Shown here piece after piece: positions 48,601-57,096 of a stretch of 64,000 bases of DNA. Each line of letters starts with the position of its first letter. The first letter of the stretch is position 1. Location of the stretch: IMG/VR virus record IMGVR_UViG_3300020469_000030. The stretch is one strand, 5' to 3'. The DNA comes from an uncultured virus (IMG/VR IMGVR_UViG_3300020469_000030) (taxonomy: Duplodnaviria > Heunggongvirae > Uroviricota > Caudoviricetes). A program made the translations under genes and the position numbers. Below the pieces are notes generated by a model. It saw nothing but the letters and a program-made list of their open reading frames with translations, had not been told where the DNA came from and searched no databases.

Positions 48601-50952
48601 TGTAAATGTTATTTTTTCTGGTGTAATATTACCATCTAATGCTTTTCTAAATACCATCCCATCAGGCTGCAATGTTACAATTTTAGCATTAGACCCATTC
48701 GCACCAGCACCACCACCTTCAATTTTTGTAATAGTAACCTTGTCTGTTAAGTCACCTACAGATGCTTCAACAGTTATCGGTAATGCTGCTTTACCTGCGA
48801 GATCTGTAAATGCAATAGATGCCGTAACAACACCGGAGCCGGTTGGGTGTCCATCATATGAACTACTGTCTAACGGAATAGATGTGAGTATAGGTGTACC
48901 GGCTGCATTTTTTATTACAATATCGCTTGATGTAACATTTAATTGACTGTTTTGAACATTTAATCTCAGTTCTATCGAAGAAGGTGTTGCAGTGTTATCA
49001 GATGCATCATCAAATGCATAATAAAAAGAATCAGCAGATAAATTTACGGTTTTTGCAGTAGCACCTACTGTACCATCTAAACCATCTATACCATCTGCTC
49101 CAGGTTTAACTCCTACAATAGTAATCGAATCATTAGTTATTTCAGTTGATGTTGCACTTTGTTCTGCAACACCGACTCTAACAGTATACGGTGTACTAAA
49201 AAATGTTGCAGGAATAGTAAATGAAGCTGTATCTTGTGTTGCTGTCTCTCCATCCGTATATGATGTATCATCTGTTACACCGTTACCTGTAAACTTAAAG
49301 TATGGATTAGTAAAGTTTTGTACTGATGCCGTCAGATCCATAACACCGCTCGGTGATGGATTATTACCATCCTCATCATATGTTATAACATAGGTAGGTG
49401 ATGTTAATGCAACAACTTTAGCTTGACCTCCATCTGAGCCTGTACTCGCCATTAAACTCCAAGTAAGTGCTCCTTGAACTTGATTTGGTTCATTTACCGT
49501 TGTTGCTGTATGTGAGTATTGTGATAGATATGAAGAACCAGAGTATTCAACAGCAGAATTATATCTATAATATTTACCTGCTGCCCAACTACCGCTCCAG
49601 AATATACCTTGACCAACATCCTCCCAATCACCTTCTGGTGTATTAAATTGTAGTCTACCACGTATTGTTAAGTTACTACCATCCCAGAGAAACTTATCTT
49701 TCAAACTCATCTTACCGTCTTTATCTAAATAAAAACCTGTATCAGAGCTACTTTGATTACCTACACCTGAAAATAATTTACCGGACTCCATTTTTATACC
49801 GCCAATAGAACCAGTATTAGCAGTTATACCACCTGTTAAGAATACATTTTGAGAAAATAACCCGTAACCAGGATTTGATTCACCAAATAGTAGTGATTGA
49901 TTTATTCCAGATAAATCACCTAACCTAGCTACTTTTTGAACGTCATACAATCCACTGCCTGTTCTCTCCACAATATCAATATAAGGTGTTGCAGGATCAT
50001 TTGGATTAGCATTCATATGAATAAATCCGGTATTCTGCTTACCTGTCGATACAATAACTTGCGAACCTGTATAAGATACTGCACCACCAACTCTACCAGG
50101 CAGTGAGCCTGAAGCTTGCTGGTCTGTCTGTCCGTAAGCACGTTGAACATATATTTTACCATATGTATCAGAGCCATCTGTTGGTTCATAAGACATCGAT
50201 TCAACTAATAAGTATTCTGTATTAAATCCTGTATTGTCTACCTTTTTTATAAATAAAATTTCACCAACTTCAAATCCTGTAACGTTCATTACAGACATTG
50301 TGGTATCTGCTGCTGCAACAAACGAGCCGGAGTCAAGTGTTGTTGAATTTGCTACAAGAAGTTGCCCACCTACAGCATTAACTGTTTCTTTCTCAAAAAC
50401 AGCTGTAGATAATGTACCTCTAATTCTAGCATTTTCAACTTCAAGAAAACTAGCACCTGTACCATCATCAACGGTTAGCATAAATCCTGAACCGCCCATT
50501 GGCACAGCAGATGATTGAAAGTCTTTAGAGTATATTGAGCCGGCAGCACCATCAAATATTAAGCTACCACCCTGCAGTTTATCTTGTTGAATATCCCATC
50601 CACCGACTTTACCAGCTGACGCTGTTATTTGACCACCATTAGTAAGTATAAAATTACTAGATGATATTTCTATTAATCCATTTGATGCAGATATATATTG
50701 TGTTGTTTCTGTACCTACGAAGAACTCTTTAGCATGTATATCTAATTTGCTATTACCTTGAGTTGAGAATCTAAAGTAATTCTCATCATCACCAGCAAGT
50801 TCCATTCCAACACCATCATATGTTGTTTGTCCAAAGCCACCTGCAGGAGGTAATGTTAGAGAGCCGGACCAAAATAATATTCCACCAGGTCCGTTAAGTG
50901 AGCCTGAAAATGCATTCCAACCTTTATAATCAAATGTACGTAAATTAGCCAT
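39637..50952 (-). CDS. Giant modular tail/fibre protein (3771 aa)
   Basis: N-terminal tail-type region (FLEVENARIRG, GGQLLV, PYIDI, RLGDLSGI); CBM5/12-like W.....Y.....V.Y.G..Y segment; about 24 tandem modules of two types; short collagen linkers; unrelated C-terminal tip. Confidence 0.8.
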   Translation of the reverse strand: MANLRTFDYKGWNAFSGSLNGPGGILFWSGSLTLPPAGGFGQTTYDGVGMELAGDDENYFRFSTQGNSKLDIHAKEFFVGTETTQYISASNGLIEISSSNFILTNGGQITASAGKVGGWDIQQDKLQGGSLIFDGAAGSIYSKDFQSSAVPMGGSGFMLTVDDGTGASFLEVENARIRGTLSTAVFEKETVNAVGGQLLVANSTTLDSGSFVAAADTTMSVMNVTGFEVGEILFIKKVDNTGFNTEYLLVESMSYEPTDGSDTYGKIYVQRAYGQTDQQASGSLPGRVGGAVSYTGSQVIVSTGKQNTGFIHMNANPNDPATPYIDIVERTGSGLYDVQKVARLGDLSGINQSLLFGESNPGYGLFSQNVFLTGGITANTGSIGGIKMESGKLFSGVGNQSSSDTGFYLDKDGKMSLKDKFLWDGSNLTIRGRLQFNTPEGDWEDVGQGIFWSGSWAAGKYYRYNSAVEYSGSSYLSQYSHTATTVNEPNQVQGALTWSLMASTGSDGGQAKVVALTSPTYVITYDEDGNNPSPSGVMDLTASVQNFTNPYFKFTGNGVTDDTSYTDGETATQDTASFTIPATFFSTPYTVRVGVAEQSATSTEITNDSITIVGVKPGADGIDGLDGTVGATAKTVNLSADSFYYAFDDASDNTATPSSIELRLNVQNSQLNVTSSDIVIKNAAGTPILTSIPLDSSSYDGHPTGSGVVTASIAFTDLAGKAALPITVEASVGDLTDKVTITKIEGGGAGANGSNAKIVTLQPDGMVFRKALDGNITPEKITFTASLQHTSDATATFTATGGGGSITITGTGNERHITSGHFNEASPTTVIASADSNTVSDAFSIVLIDEGAGNIQGLLSNPSHTLQADFTGSVLSYEGSGTEIRVFEGATELSYNGSGTSDGTWTVADNSPSNITAGTIVDAGIYALVGNHGALAVDSLQIGYTITGKTQNGTAFTQTVSQSLAKSIAGGPPIVAMLTNESHTLAGNQSGTVTNFDGSGTNISVFQGLDQLTAKTTDPGDGEFSASLVATNITAGGLSTSGKDLVLAKLTGKTPSSSSGNIVINIAGKDVGGTVFTLSKTQSITTSNQGLPGNDGANAKTLTLTADSQLFITSQSGNVTPDVITLTSNKQNISGAGSNTTWATSPTVTLYDHPTSGGTNTAGHDTVYLRKADFAGNDSVTITATADSISDSVTIFKIDEGSNAINAVLSNPAHNLPANNAGDVSDYAGSGTTIQVFEGADLLTFTTGTPGSGEYSIDDGNPTGIDEGGITGNSTTTATVAPHANLTSDQKVITYTITGKAFNGTDFTLTQTQTLTKSKTGAAGAAGVDSKIVSLDSPTYIIQYDANGNTPIPNGTLELTASAQGFTDPYFKFTGNGVTDDTNHTDGVAATYDTASYTIPGTFFATPQKITVSAAEAASSNTSIAADNITIAAVKAGTEAYTTLVSNDTVSIPKNADGTVYSYDTSATDIIVMKGASTLQGIINGTPTTGQFSVTAAGSSISPSSVSGSVSGTSIAYSAADTIDATQALITFTINIEGTSEVTKTQTFSVTQDGSDGASAKSIILSAIPSFFIKGQDGTITPDNLIVSASTQNLSSNGSWTNSGGTISSNVADYTKASARISSSHFADGMVITYTQGSVSDNITLNLLDEGSGNVQAVLSNELHSLPASNDGVVSSYNGSGTDINVFEGATKLTGVVGTPVAGQYKVVVENNSDIAEGSITISNGTVVIGIHGSAADNIDTFTITYTITGKSQNGTSFELTKTQTITKSKVGTDAYTIVVTNPTATLPSASGVITYDNTATDIQVFKGAAELNSISPGQAGSGSFSVVSAPTNIALGNITSGSHKFAIANHSDYQGIGAAKVTYTLNLEDNLTVTRDQIFSLAIEGLQGQDGAAGVGAKTVRLTSNAQAILYDATGNNPVPSTIAVTASSTHYNDAEFKLTSNNATAYSSDGSFVDGNTANSRQYLVSAPSSIFSTPIELRVDTQESTTADSSFDTINIIGLQPGADNYTAVLDNSSHTLGRQADSTIIYTNSGTTLVVYKGTEKLQYQTSGTPGSGRYTVSIVDDEITSDTPSYNSSNRILTLGNASSLTATGEAERGAKITFFINAENIATDLSTIQTFTLASDGATGASGSAGEPGAAGADSKTVQLSSDALVIQYDANGSNPSPANFHLTASSTNFDTGFFKFTGGGAFFTNQSDHSVGYTANESAVEITSPPSFQSDSLQFRASVAEGDNNEIAFDTINVVSVKPGQTGSDGSNGLDGSNAKTLSVTLDQMFFAFETAAANNPINSKIGFVINQQNLSSTVDGSSIKLATVANTILSDPTLSPSVTDGTGRVTGDIGYTTYGLTRSDFPLKLTVVLDGLVDIVTINYIEGGDDGQDAVNAFLSNESINLVANLAGTADVGGAHTSMSVLQGLTDVTSEYTFTATTASSGLTGSFSDNVFTVTQVSRTDFQFNIPITAVSGSTTLTKQFNLAKSLQGQQGIDGTSAKLLSVTADSLFYKFDGPTDSTPDPDSVTVFITQQNFDGPLDFDDISVTFELAGSTYSIQGNDFLSTAVTWNSSSVVDGSGTISGSISFSNNLSNSFAYLPLTITANKNGVSDSIILNKLIDGDDGVSPKTLVLSADSNIFSQDISGTVTPGTITFTANKQNTTGATVFTTSPTVGLTGIGDTRSLTTGAFGANTSVAVTATCDGVSDTVTITKLDAGSGVISATLSNPAHIIPCDFTGAVLEDGYNGSGTTVAVYEGATELDHDAVGTTPGKFKVLASGNGITPSSPTDGQNFAVYGLHNTLNSDTADINYTITGQSQNGTAFSIIKTQTFTKSKDASPNIVVSLSNPVHTFAGDANGDVIGYDGSGTEIYVYEGATPLSFFNTPASAFAANIGQWAIINTTSTNIDHDSFQGIVYDPDYAPVGAVINDHNNATDTSGSLLFEIQGRTSANVAFTQSVQQTFSVTTDGSDGTDAYTIVLSNDSHVVPADAFGNVSFPGSGTTIAVLKSGDYLTPKVSAGGASAGQFKVSRTLTNLTSTGLSTSGNNVVQPPYTGMTANSGSNEFTIDLEGTSTITKIQSLTKTTDGSDGEQGEPGDQGEPGDQGESGAPGADASSLILNASTLAFVTSQDGSVTPEVIQLAAQGSGLYDGVGKWTATTGVTLKTSPAGGVTVPLNQASIYDTVYLYNDEIDDIPVTITYTRSVASADAYDISDAVTILHLADGNSAVSGILSNPTHTLPASSLGTVLSYAGSGTSVNVYEGATALISTNSSTPGPGEFFVEVSPSITLGFTTGVPLITGSPSGFAFQIFSDHGPTIGSFNTNIVVFVVTGKTANGTDFSFELHQTITKSPAGANGAPGEQGEPGETGPPGPNFDFLAASISAIDTTGGIAANSMIYAENVMGSVGTDVPDGGTLTIDNFRTFIDDKGNFYLGSGSGTSLSWDNTNAVLELSGSKVNLFANNFFVGDFGSHYISGSAGEIEISSSGFLLNNDGAEFGGYAVANAMRQKTVTINADNALYYLKSELILVKANTPEFYHSPIMQHPGTYEDYFGLFFYEGGEDEGAPIDIIDVYDHDVYDFVPCHVTDIYMNGELGGEVCSHVILDVNMKSDTVILEGQRPWLNAGPVADTAEGMGNAAINHQGGAGVTYRYLDSQAFLGDGSEVYHQAIDKYSPKSQHTNWLDKFIYYRPNSGGPYGIPSAGAIANKVTGSYKLGAIRTIYPPEILDIQGSSPVTIEVGNGRSCNFFIDTTPAAQGIQKYGFGIQHDSVFYDQSIPIGEKEGG

Positions 50953-50953
50953 A

Positions 50954-52948
50954 TTACTCTGCCTGTATTCCTTCTAGTATCATACCTTCACCTACAAATA
51001 AGGTACCTTCTAAAATATTATCTAATCCTGTTATTACTGTATTACTACCTGCAAAATCAACACCATAACTTGTAAGTATAACATTTGCAGATACACCGTT
51101 TACATTTACAAATTCGAATTTAAAATCTAATACATCATCTGCTTGATAAGTAGGTACAGGAAATTCAATAAAAGTATGGTTTGGTGTAAACCCTGTTTGT
51201 GATGAACCTTTTATAGTAACATTACTAATTGTCCACTCACCGTGATAAATATTAAATACTAAATTAAAATCTGTATCTTGAGTAGGTACAAACGTTAAAG
51301 TTAAAAATTCCTTCTCAACAATACCAGGATTTTGTCTTATTGTTGTTACCGTATTCTCTTCAAAAACCGCTGGAATTGTTTTTATATTCTTACCACCTCT
51401 ACTACTTCTACGCGATGTTGATTTTTTTGTTTTTTTAAATCTAGCATTTTTTCCTCTCACCTTCATAGTCTTAGTAGTAACTTTTTTAGTTGTAATTTCA
51501 CTCTCTAGCGAGGTTAGTAACTCACCATACTGAGTTCCTCCAATATTAGAACCGGAAGCATATATTTCTAAATGTGATGCATGGTGCTGTCCTTCTGTCT
51601 TAACAGCTGATATATCTAATAATATAGAATACTCATTATCTTTATATAGCGTTACAGGTATATTATTCTTGAATTCTATAAATTGTGATGATTGTGATGT
51701 TATAGATTCACTACCACTTATTGTTACTCCAGACATTACTATATTATTAGATTGTATAGCTTTTGGGTACCCTGCTACAGGCGTATAATTACTAGAAGTA
51801 ATGCTCCAGTATGTATCTACTATATTTTGAGTTTTGAAATGGCCCATGGAATTGTATATTAAAGCCTGTGCTGGATCACTGAATAAATCAACATCCTCTA
51901 AATTATCTTCACTTGCTAAAACGTATGTGTCAAATCCTTGACTTTTCATATATGTTTTAACTTTATACACATCACCTGCGATAGGATCTATATTTTTTAA
52001 TATAATGCTTGCAAATGATTGTGAGTTTTTAGAACCGGTTTTGAATTCACCTTGCTGCTGATATGTCATACTCCAGTTTGTTGTACCATCAAAATAGCTA
52101 GGTGTTAATATGGAAGGTGTAGAAACATAGCGTGGTGTTTGTCCTCTACCTGTTGCAACATTTGTTGTAGTAACAACATCTAACTGCCACGGAGATACTT
52201 GTACACGTGTATCACTTATTAAATCTTGAACATAAGTATCAAAAGCTAGTGTTTCGCCTAGTTTTAACTCTTTACTAGAACCAAGGGAATAATTTGGAGA
52301 TGGAATAGATATCCGTATATCCATCATATCGTGATTAAAAGTATCTCCCTCTATATCAATATAAGCAACACCATTGCCGGGATTTGAGTAGGATAGTGTA
52401 GCAGCAGCTGTAGCGCCAGAAGAAGAGGCATTTGTGCTGCCCGTTTCGTAAGTATAAGTAAGAAACTCTCTTACCTTTTCTTCAATTTTAACACCAGGTA
52501 TTTTACTAAATATAACATCTGTTGTATTCTGTCTTTCAGGTGCAACTGTTGTTCTATAAGACCACTTTACATTATATTTATCTCTCCATGAAGGTGTTAC
52601 AGGAGAACCATTTGGCCTAAATTTAGCGATACCTAAAATCGTGATAGTTGCAATCCCTTCTGGTGTATCTTCATATACATAAATACTTACAACTCTTCTA
52701 CCTGTTTCATCTATATACTTATTAACATGATGGTAAATAGGATCATTATTAACATCCGTTACTTCAACAAGAATTTCAGTATCTTTTTTTAGAAGTGCAG
52801 CATTACCTATTATTTTAAAATAATTTTTACCGGATGTTAATTCAGTTGGGAGATTAGAAACTCTGAAATACTCTGAATTTACACTTGTATCGTTTATAAG
52901 TGTAGGTATAGACTTTAACCCTAATTTTGGATTTTTTCTTTGTATCAC
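50954..52948 (-). CDS. Putative tail/baseplate structural protein (664 aa)
   Basis: GTG start with GGAGG SD; SEYFRV...LTSGKN.FKI.G N-terminus; 1-nt gap to the giant fibre gene. Confidence 0.6.
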   Translation of the reverse strand: MIQRKNPKLGLKSIPTLINDTSVNSEYFRVSNLPTELTSGKNYFKIIGNAALLKKDTEILVEVTDVNNDPIYHHVNKYIDETGRRVVSIYVYEDTPEGIATITILGIAKFRPNGSPVTPSWRDKYNVKWSYRTTVAPERQNTTDVIFSKIPGVKIEEKVREFLTYTYETGSTNASSSGATAAATLSYSNPGNGVAYIDIEGDTFNHDMMDIRISIPSPNYSLGSSKELKLGETLAFDTYVQDLISDTRVQVSPWQLDVVTTTNVATGRGQTPRYVSTPSILTPSYFDGTTNWSMTYQQQGEFKTGSKNSQSFASIILKNIDPIAGDVYKVKTYMKSQGFDTYVLASEDNLEDVDLFSDPAQALIYNSMGHFKTQNIVDTYWSITSSNYTPVAGYPKAIQSNNIVMSGVTISGSESITSQSSQFIEFKNNIPVTLYKDNEYSILLDISAVKTEGQHHASHLEIYASGSNIGGTQYGELLTSLESEITTKKVTTKTMKVRGKNARFKKTKKSTSRRSSRGGKNIKTIPAVFEENTVTTIRQNPGIVEKEFLTLTFVPTQDTDFNLVFNIYHGEWTISNVTIKGSSQTGFTPNHTFIEFPVPTYQADDVLDFKFEFVNVNGVSANVILTSYGVDFAGSNTVITGLDNILEGTLFVGEGMILEGIQAE

Positions 52949-52990
52949 AGTGCCTCCATATATCTACTAGAGTCTACCTCAAGTATCGTA

Positions 52991-53000
52991 TATAAATATA
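52991..53000 (-). promoter_or_regulatory. Promoter-like motif TATATTTATA restarting structural transcription after the SbcDC gene
   Basis: Recurring motif, flanked by a CGTATA/TATACG inverted repeat. Confidence 0.6.
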
Positions 53001-53006
53001 CGGAAC

Positions 53007-56000
53007 TTAGTAAATAACGTTACTTAAGTTATTTTGTTTAGATATTTCTATAACATCATCTACCATATCTTTCATTATATCGATATGAGAAATAATTAAT
53101 ATAAAATCAAACTCTAATTTTAAATAATCAAATAACATAGATATGGAATTTATATTATTTGTATCTAAATTACCAAATCCTTCATCTATTGCTAAAAACG
53201 TCGGTCGTGGTAAGTTAGAGACATTAATCAATGCAACGCGAATAGCTAATGATGATATAAATTTCTCCATACCAGACGTCATTTCAAGAGACCACATTTG
53301 TTCGCCATATTTAATATAAGTTAATATATTTTTACCATCAACATCAAAGTGTAACTCAAAATCTACAACTTGAGATAGAATATTATTTACTTCTTCCTGA
53401 ATATACGGTAATGTATCAGAAATTATTTCATAAGGTATTCCATCGCGTTTTATAGCATCTAAATAATATTCATATGCTTTTAATTTAATCTCTAGTTCAT
53501 GAGCCTTTTTAATTTGAGTATTAATATTACGAATATTAGTTTTACATACTTTTATATCACTATAACATAACTGACACTTACTGTTAATAGTGTTTAAATT
53601 ATGTTTTAAATTATTCTCGTTATCTGTTAGTTTGCTAATCTCACCATTAATCTTTTTGTTTTCTTCAATGGCTTGAATATTAGCATGATATTTTTTAATT
53701 TTCTTTTTAATAGAATTTGCTTTCTGCTGGTAGCTATCTCGTTTTTCTTTGGCTTGATAATACGATATCCTACCTGCACTTCTCTCACGCTCTATTTCTG
53801 ATAGTAACTGATTTATTTGTTGTATTTTATTGTAATCTTCAGTTATTAAACTATTATTATTTATGTATTCATTATATACTTTTAATTCTGATAATACTTC
53901 AGCTACGTACCCCTTATCTTGTTCCAGTTCTAATTTTACTGCTTTAGACATTTCTATATATTCACTCTCACGTTTTCTACAAAACTCACATGAAGGATCA
54001 AATTCACTTTGTGTCTCTAATTTTTCAAGTTTATGTTTTACTTGCAGTTTTAAGCGTTCTTTTTTAGACTCTAGAGTTGATATATTACGTTTTGTATCAT
54101 TATATATAACGTACCGCTCATTAACATCATCTATATTATATGATGATAAAATTTTATTAGCTTTTTTAATCTTTTCTTTATTTGCATCAGCTACCTCTTC
54201 ATCAGATTGTAGCCTAGCATTTATAGTATTAACTTGAGTTTCTAGATTTAACAATTCTAACTCTAAAACATTAATATCATCTAACGGCACTCTCTTGTGT
54301 AATGATTTTGTTTTACTTAAAACTTCTTTCTGAATAATTTTAATTTCATCCTCAACGCTCAATTTCTCTTTTTGATATACATCGTGTCGTGCTGTATCCT
54401 TTTCTAATTTTTCTTCTTCATCAATAAGTTGTTGTGAGTAATCAGTACTACCGAAATCTTTCAGTAATGCTTGTACATCACGTATTTCTTCGTTTGCAAG
54501 AGAATATAATTGTTCAAATACAGTTATATCTAAAAATTGAGATAATAAATCTTTTTTCTCAAATTGAGACATATCTATAAATCCAGTATTGTTATTTTGA
54601 ACAGATAGTGCTGTGAGAATAAAATCATCATACTCACCTAAGTAACCTTTTATATTTTTATCTGTATCTCTTCGCTGTTCTCCGTTTAGGGATACAGTAT
54701 TTCCTTCTTCATCAATATACCAAAAGTCAACATCAACTCTCACTTTGCCTTTCATCCACCCTTTTAGTATTCTTTTAGCTTTGCGCTCTATAAAATAATC
54801 TGTGCCATCAATCTCAAAATTAAGTTTACAGTGAAAATTATTTTTTGTATTATTCATAATATCAGCAGCAGATTTACCTCTACTACATCTATCAAAAATA
54901 CAAAATGTTAGCGAATCTAAAATAGCAGATTTTCCAGCATGATTAGGTGCAAATACCCCAATAACATCTTTAGCTTTAGAAAAGTTTATTGAATTACCAT
55001 CACCATAACTAAACATATTTGAAAAATTAAATTGTTTTAATTTCCATGTTACATTTCGTGTTATATCCTCATTATGTAGTGAATTATTTAATGTTTTATT
55101 TATTGACTTAATGCGTCTCATAACACTATCATCAACTTCATGATTCTTTTCAATATACTCTTGAAGTAGCTTATTTTGATAATTAACATCTCTAACATCT
55201 CTTGTTAAAGATCTAGAAGTACTTGCTTGACCTTTTATTTTATCTTGCTTAATAGTAATAATATCATTTACACGGCACTTCTTTTTAATCTCTTTTATAA
55301 TATTCTTTAACTCTGCTTCTGTTGTATTGGTAGTTCTTATTCGTATCCTTGGCTGCTTAGGGATATCAGATATATCATGCATTATCCCATCTTTTACATC
55401 GATAGTGTAAAACCCAAAATTATTATTTATATCTGTATACTTTGGCTTTCTAGTTTTTACATCCCAAATGGCATATCCGTGCTTATTAAATGATTCACCA
55501 AAATTTTGTTGTATTAAAGAGCCTGGATAGCATATAGTTTTCGCTTTATCAACGTATTGTCGTTTATGAATATCACCTAATAGAGATAAGTCATATCCAT
55601 TAAATATATCAGCTGTATATTCTTCTCCTGTAACTTCATAACCAATATCTGTTTTAGATGATTTAACGGGGCCATGAAATAATGCAATTTTTGTATCTGC
55701 ATTAAATGATGATGCTTTTATAAATTCACTAGGTGGATCAAAAATACTAAATACAGTAAAATGAACGTTACCAATATTATAAACACCTGAGTCTTTTAGA
55801 TAATGAAGTTTTGGGTGATTTAAGTTATTAATAATAGGAGTTAATGCATCGAGTCTACTTGTATTATTTAAATTAGTATCATGGTTACCTGTAATAACGA
55901 TGGTATGGCGCCTGTCTGCTAGATTCTTAAAAAACTCTGATGTTATAGATATAAGCTCTGGAGATATATCTGTCTTATTATGAACGATATCACCGCCAAC

Positions 56001-56162
56001 ATATACTATAGCATTTTCAGGTAATAAATCTATACCTTTATATAGTTCTTTAAAAACTTGTCTATACTCTTTATGTCTTTGATAATTTCTAATATGAATA
56101 TCTGCTACGTGTAGAATTTTATCTAATCTATCAAAACCAACATCTATTTTATTTATTTTCAA
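53007..56162 (-). CDS. Fused Mre11/SbcD nuclease - Rad50/SbcC ATPase (T4 gp47+gp46-like)
   Basis: Metallophosphoesterase motifs ADIH, GGD, GNHD, FHG, GDIH, YPGS; then FSNMFSYG, NHAGKS (Walker A), coiled coil with CEFC hook, TSGME signature, LAIDEGFG (Walker B), ISH. TTG start overlaps the primase TGA. Confidence 0.9.
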   Translation of the reverse strand: MKINKIDVGFDRLDKILHVADIHIRNYQRHKEYRQVFKELYKGIDLLPENAIVYVGGDIVHNKTDISPELISITSEFFKNLADRRHTIVITGNHDTNLNNTSRLDALTPIINNLNHPKLHYLKDSGVYNIGNVHFTVFSIFDPPSEFIKASSFNADTKIALFHGPVKSSKTDIGYEVTGEEYTADIFNGYDLSLLGDIHKRQYVDKAKTICYPGSLIQQNFGESFNKHGYAIWDVKTRKPKYTDINNNFGFYTIDVKDGIMHDISDIPKQPRIRIRTTNTTEAELKNIIKEIKKKCRVNDIITIKQDKIKGQASTSRSLTRDVRDVNYQNKLLQEYIEKNHEVDDSVMRRIKSINKTLNNSLHNEDITRNVTWKLKQFNFSNMFSYGDGNSINFSKAKDVIGVFAPNHAGKSAILDSLTFCIFDRCSRGKSAADIMNNTKNNFHCKLNFEIDGTDYFIERKAKRILKGWMKGKVRVDVDFWYIDEEGNTVSLNGEQRRDTDKNIKGYLGEYDDFILTALSVQNNNTGFIDMSQFEKKDLLSQFLDITVFEQLYSLANEEIRDVQALLKDFGSTDYSQQLIDEEEKLEKDTARHDVYQKEKLSVEDEIKIIQKEVLSKTKSLHKRVPLDDINVLELELLNLETQVNTINARLQSDEEVADANKEKIKKANKILSSYNIDDVNERYVIYNDTKRNISTLESKKERLKLQVKHKLEKLETQSEFDPSCEFCRKRESEYIEMSKAVKLELEQDKGYVAEVLSELKVYNEYINNNSLITEDYNKIQQINQLLSEIERERSAGRISYYQAKEKRDSYQQKANSIKKKIKKYHANIQAIEENKKINGEISKLTDNENNLKHNLNTINSKCQLCYSDIKVCKTNIRNINTQIKKAHELEIKLKAYEYYLDAIKRDGIPYEIISDTLPYIQEEVNNILSQVVDFELHFDVDGKNILTYIKYGEQMWSLEMTSGMEKFISSLAIRVALINVSNLPRPTFLAIDEGFGNLDTNNINSISMLFDYLKLEFDFILIISHIDIMKDMVDDVIEISKQNNLSNVIY

Positions 56163-57070
56163 ATTGCTAACCCCATCTTCTGAATAAGTAAGTTGCTCCC
56201 TGTTAACGGGCTTGATTGTTTATATATTTCTGTAAATTTATAATATCCTAATTCACTAGGATCACTAGAACCCATATCAATTAAATAAACTGTAATACCA
56301 TTGTTTATAAAATACTGACATATTTCGAGTGCTTTAGTTTTAGCATCAGCATCAAGTCCTATATAAATTGTTTTAACATTATTTTGTATAATTGTTTGCT
56401 TTAAGTTATCTAATACTATTTTACCAAATAAAGGTATTGCGTTACGTTTCACAGCAATAGCATCAAATGCACCCTCTACTATTGTGATTGGCTCATTCCA
56501 ATTAACAAGCAATTCAAATCCAATAATATCCTTACTAACTTTTGGATTTTTATGCTTAAACGATACATCCTTATAATAAGTTCTTCCAGTAAAAAAGTTA
56601 AGCTTACCATTTTTATCATAACTTGGTATTATAATCATACCACCGTATTCACCTGTTTCACAATAACCTATATTATAGCGAACAATATCTTCGCGAGTTA
56701 TATTTCTACTCTTTAAATAATGTAGTGCATTTCTAAATTCAGGATTATTTTTATTACCATTAATTATTGGAATAAATTCATTAGGTAGCATAACAGAAGA
56801 TTTATCTTCAGTATGTTTTTTAGGTATATAACTACCTACCTCTTTATTTAAGTCATCAATTTGCGTTTGAGTAGCATTTGCTCGTTTAAATAAACTATAT
56901 AACTTTCTACCTTTAGCATTGCATACCCAGCAATGCCAGAATTGTGTTGCTAAATCAATTTCAAGTTTAAACTTATAATGACTACAACACGGACATTTAA
57001 ACGATACATTATTGCCCGAGGTTTTCTTTGATCGACCTAATACAGTCTCAAGTATACTTATTAATCCCAT
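56159..57070 (-). CDS. DNA primase (Zn-binding domain + TOPRIM)
   Basis: CPCC.H...WHCWVC zinc finger; YLKSRNI, IIIPSYD, IVEGAFDA, LFGK, LDADA, DPSELG. Confidence 0.9.
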   Translation of the reverse strand: MGLISILETVLGRSKKTSGNNVSFKCPCCSHYKFKLEIDLATQFWHCWVCNAKGRKLYSLFKRANATQTQIDDLNKEVGSYIPKKHTEDKSSVMLPNEFIPIINGNKNNPEFRNALHYLKSRNITREDIVRYNIGYCETGEYGGMIIIPSYDKNGKLNFFTGRTYYKDVSFKHKNPKVSKDIIGFELLVNWNEPITIVEGAFDAIAVKRNAIPLFGKIVLDNLKQTIIQNNVKTIYIGLDADAKTKALEICQYFINNGITVYLIDMGSSDPSELGYYKFTEIYKQSSPLTGSNLLIQKMGLAI

Positions 57071-57073
57071 TCT

Positions 57074-57085
57074 TAAATATAAGAT
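57074..57085 (-). promoter_or_regulatory. Variant promoter-like motif TCTTATATTTA immediately upstream of the primase ATG
   Basis: Minus strand reads TCTTATATTTAAGA-ATG; a similar TCTTATATTAAG precedes bS21 (about 16919-16930). Confidence 0.45.
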
Positions 57086-57096
57086 AATTTTATAAA

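Noticed and set aside
50013..50204. Short alternative-frame minus ORFs (50013..50204 and 63451..63678)
   Set aside because: Nested out of frame inside larger genes; 63451..63678 lies within the upstream extension of the 61079 gene.
32582..50952. Diversity-generating retroelement acting on fibre tips
   Set aside because: No reverse transcriptase in the window, and repeat copies differ at synonymous positions of all bases rather than only at adenines.
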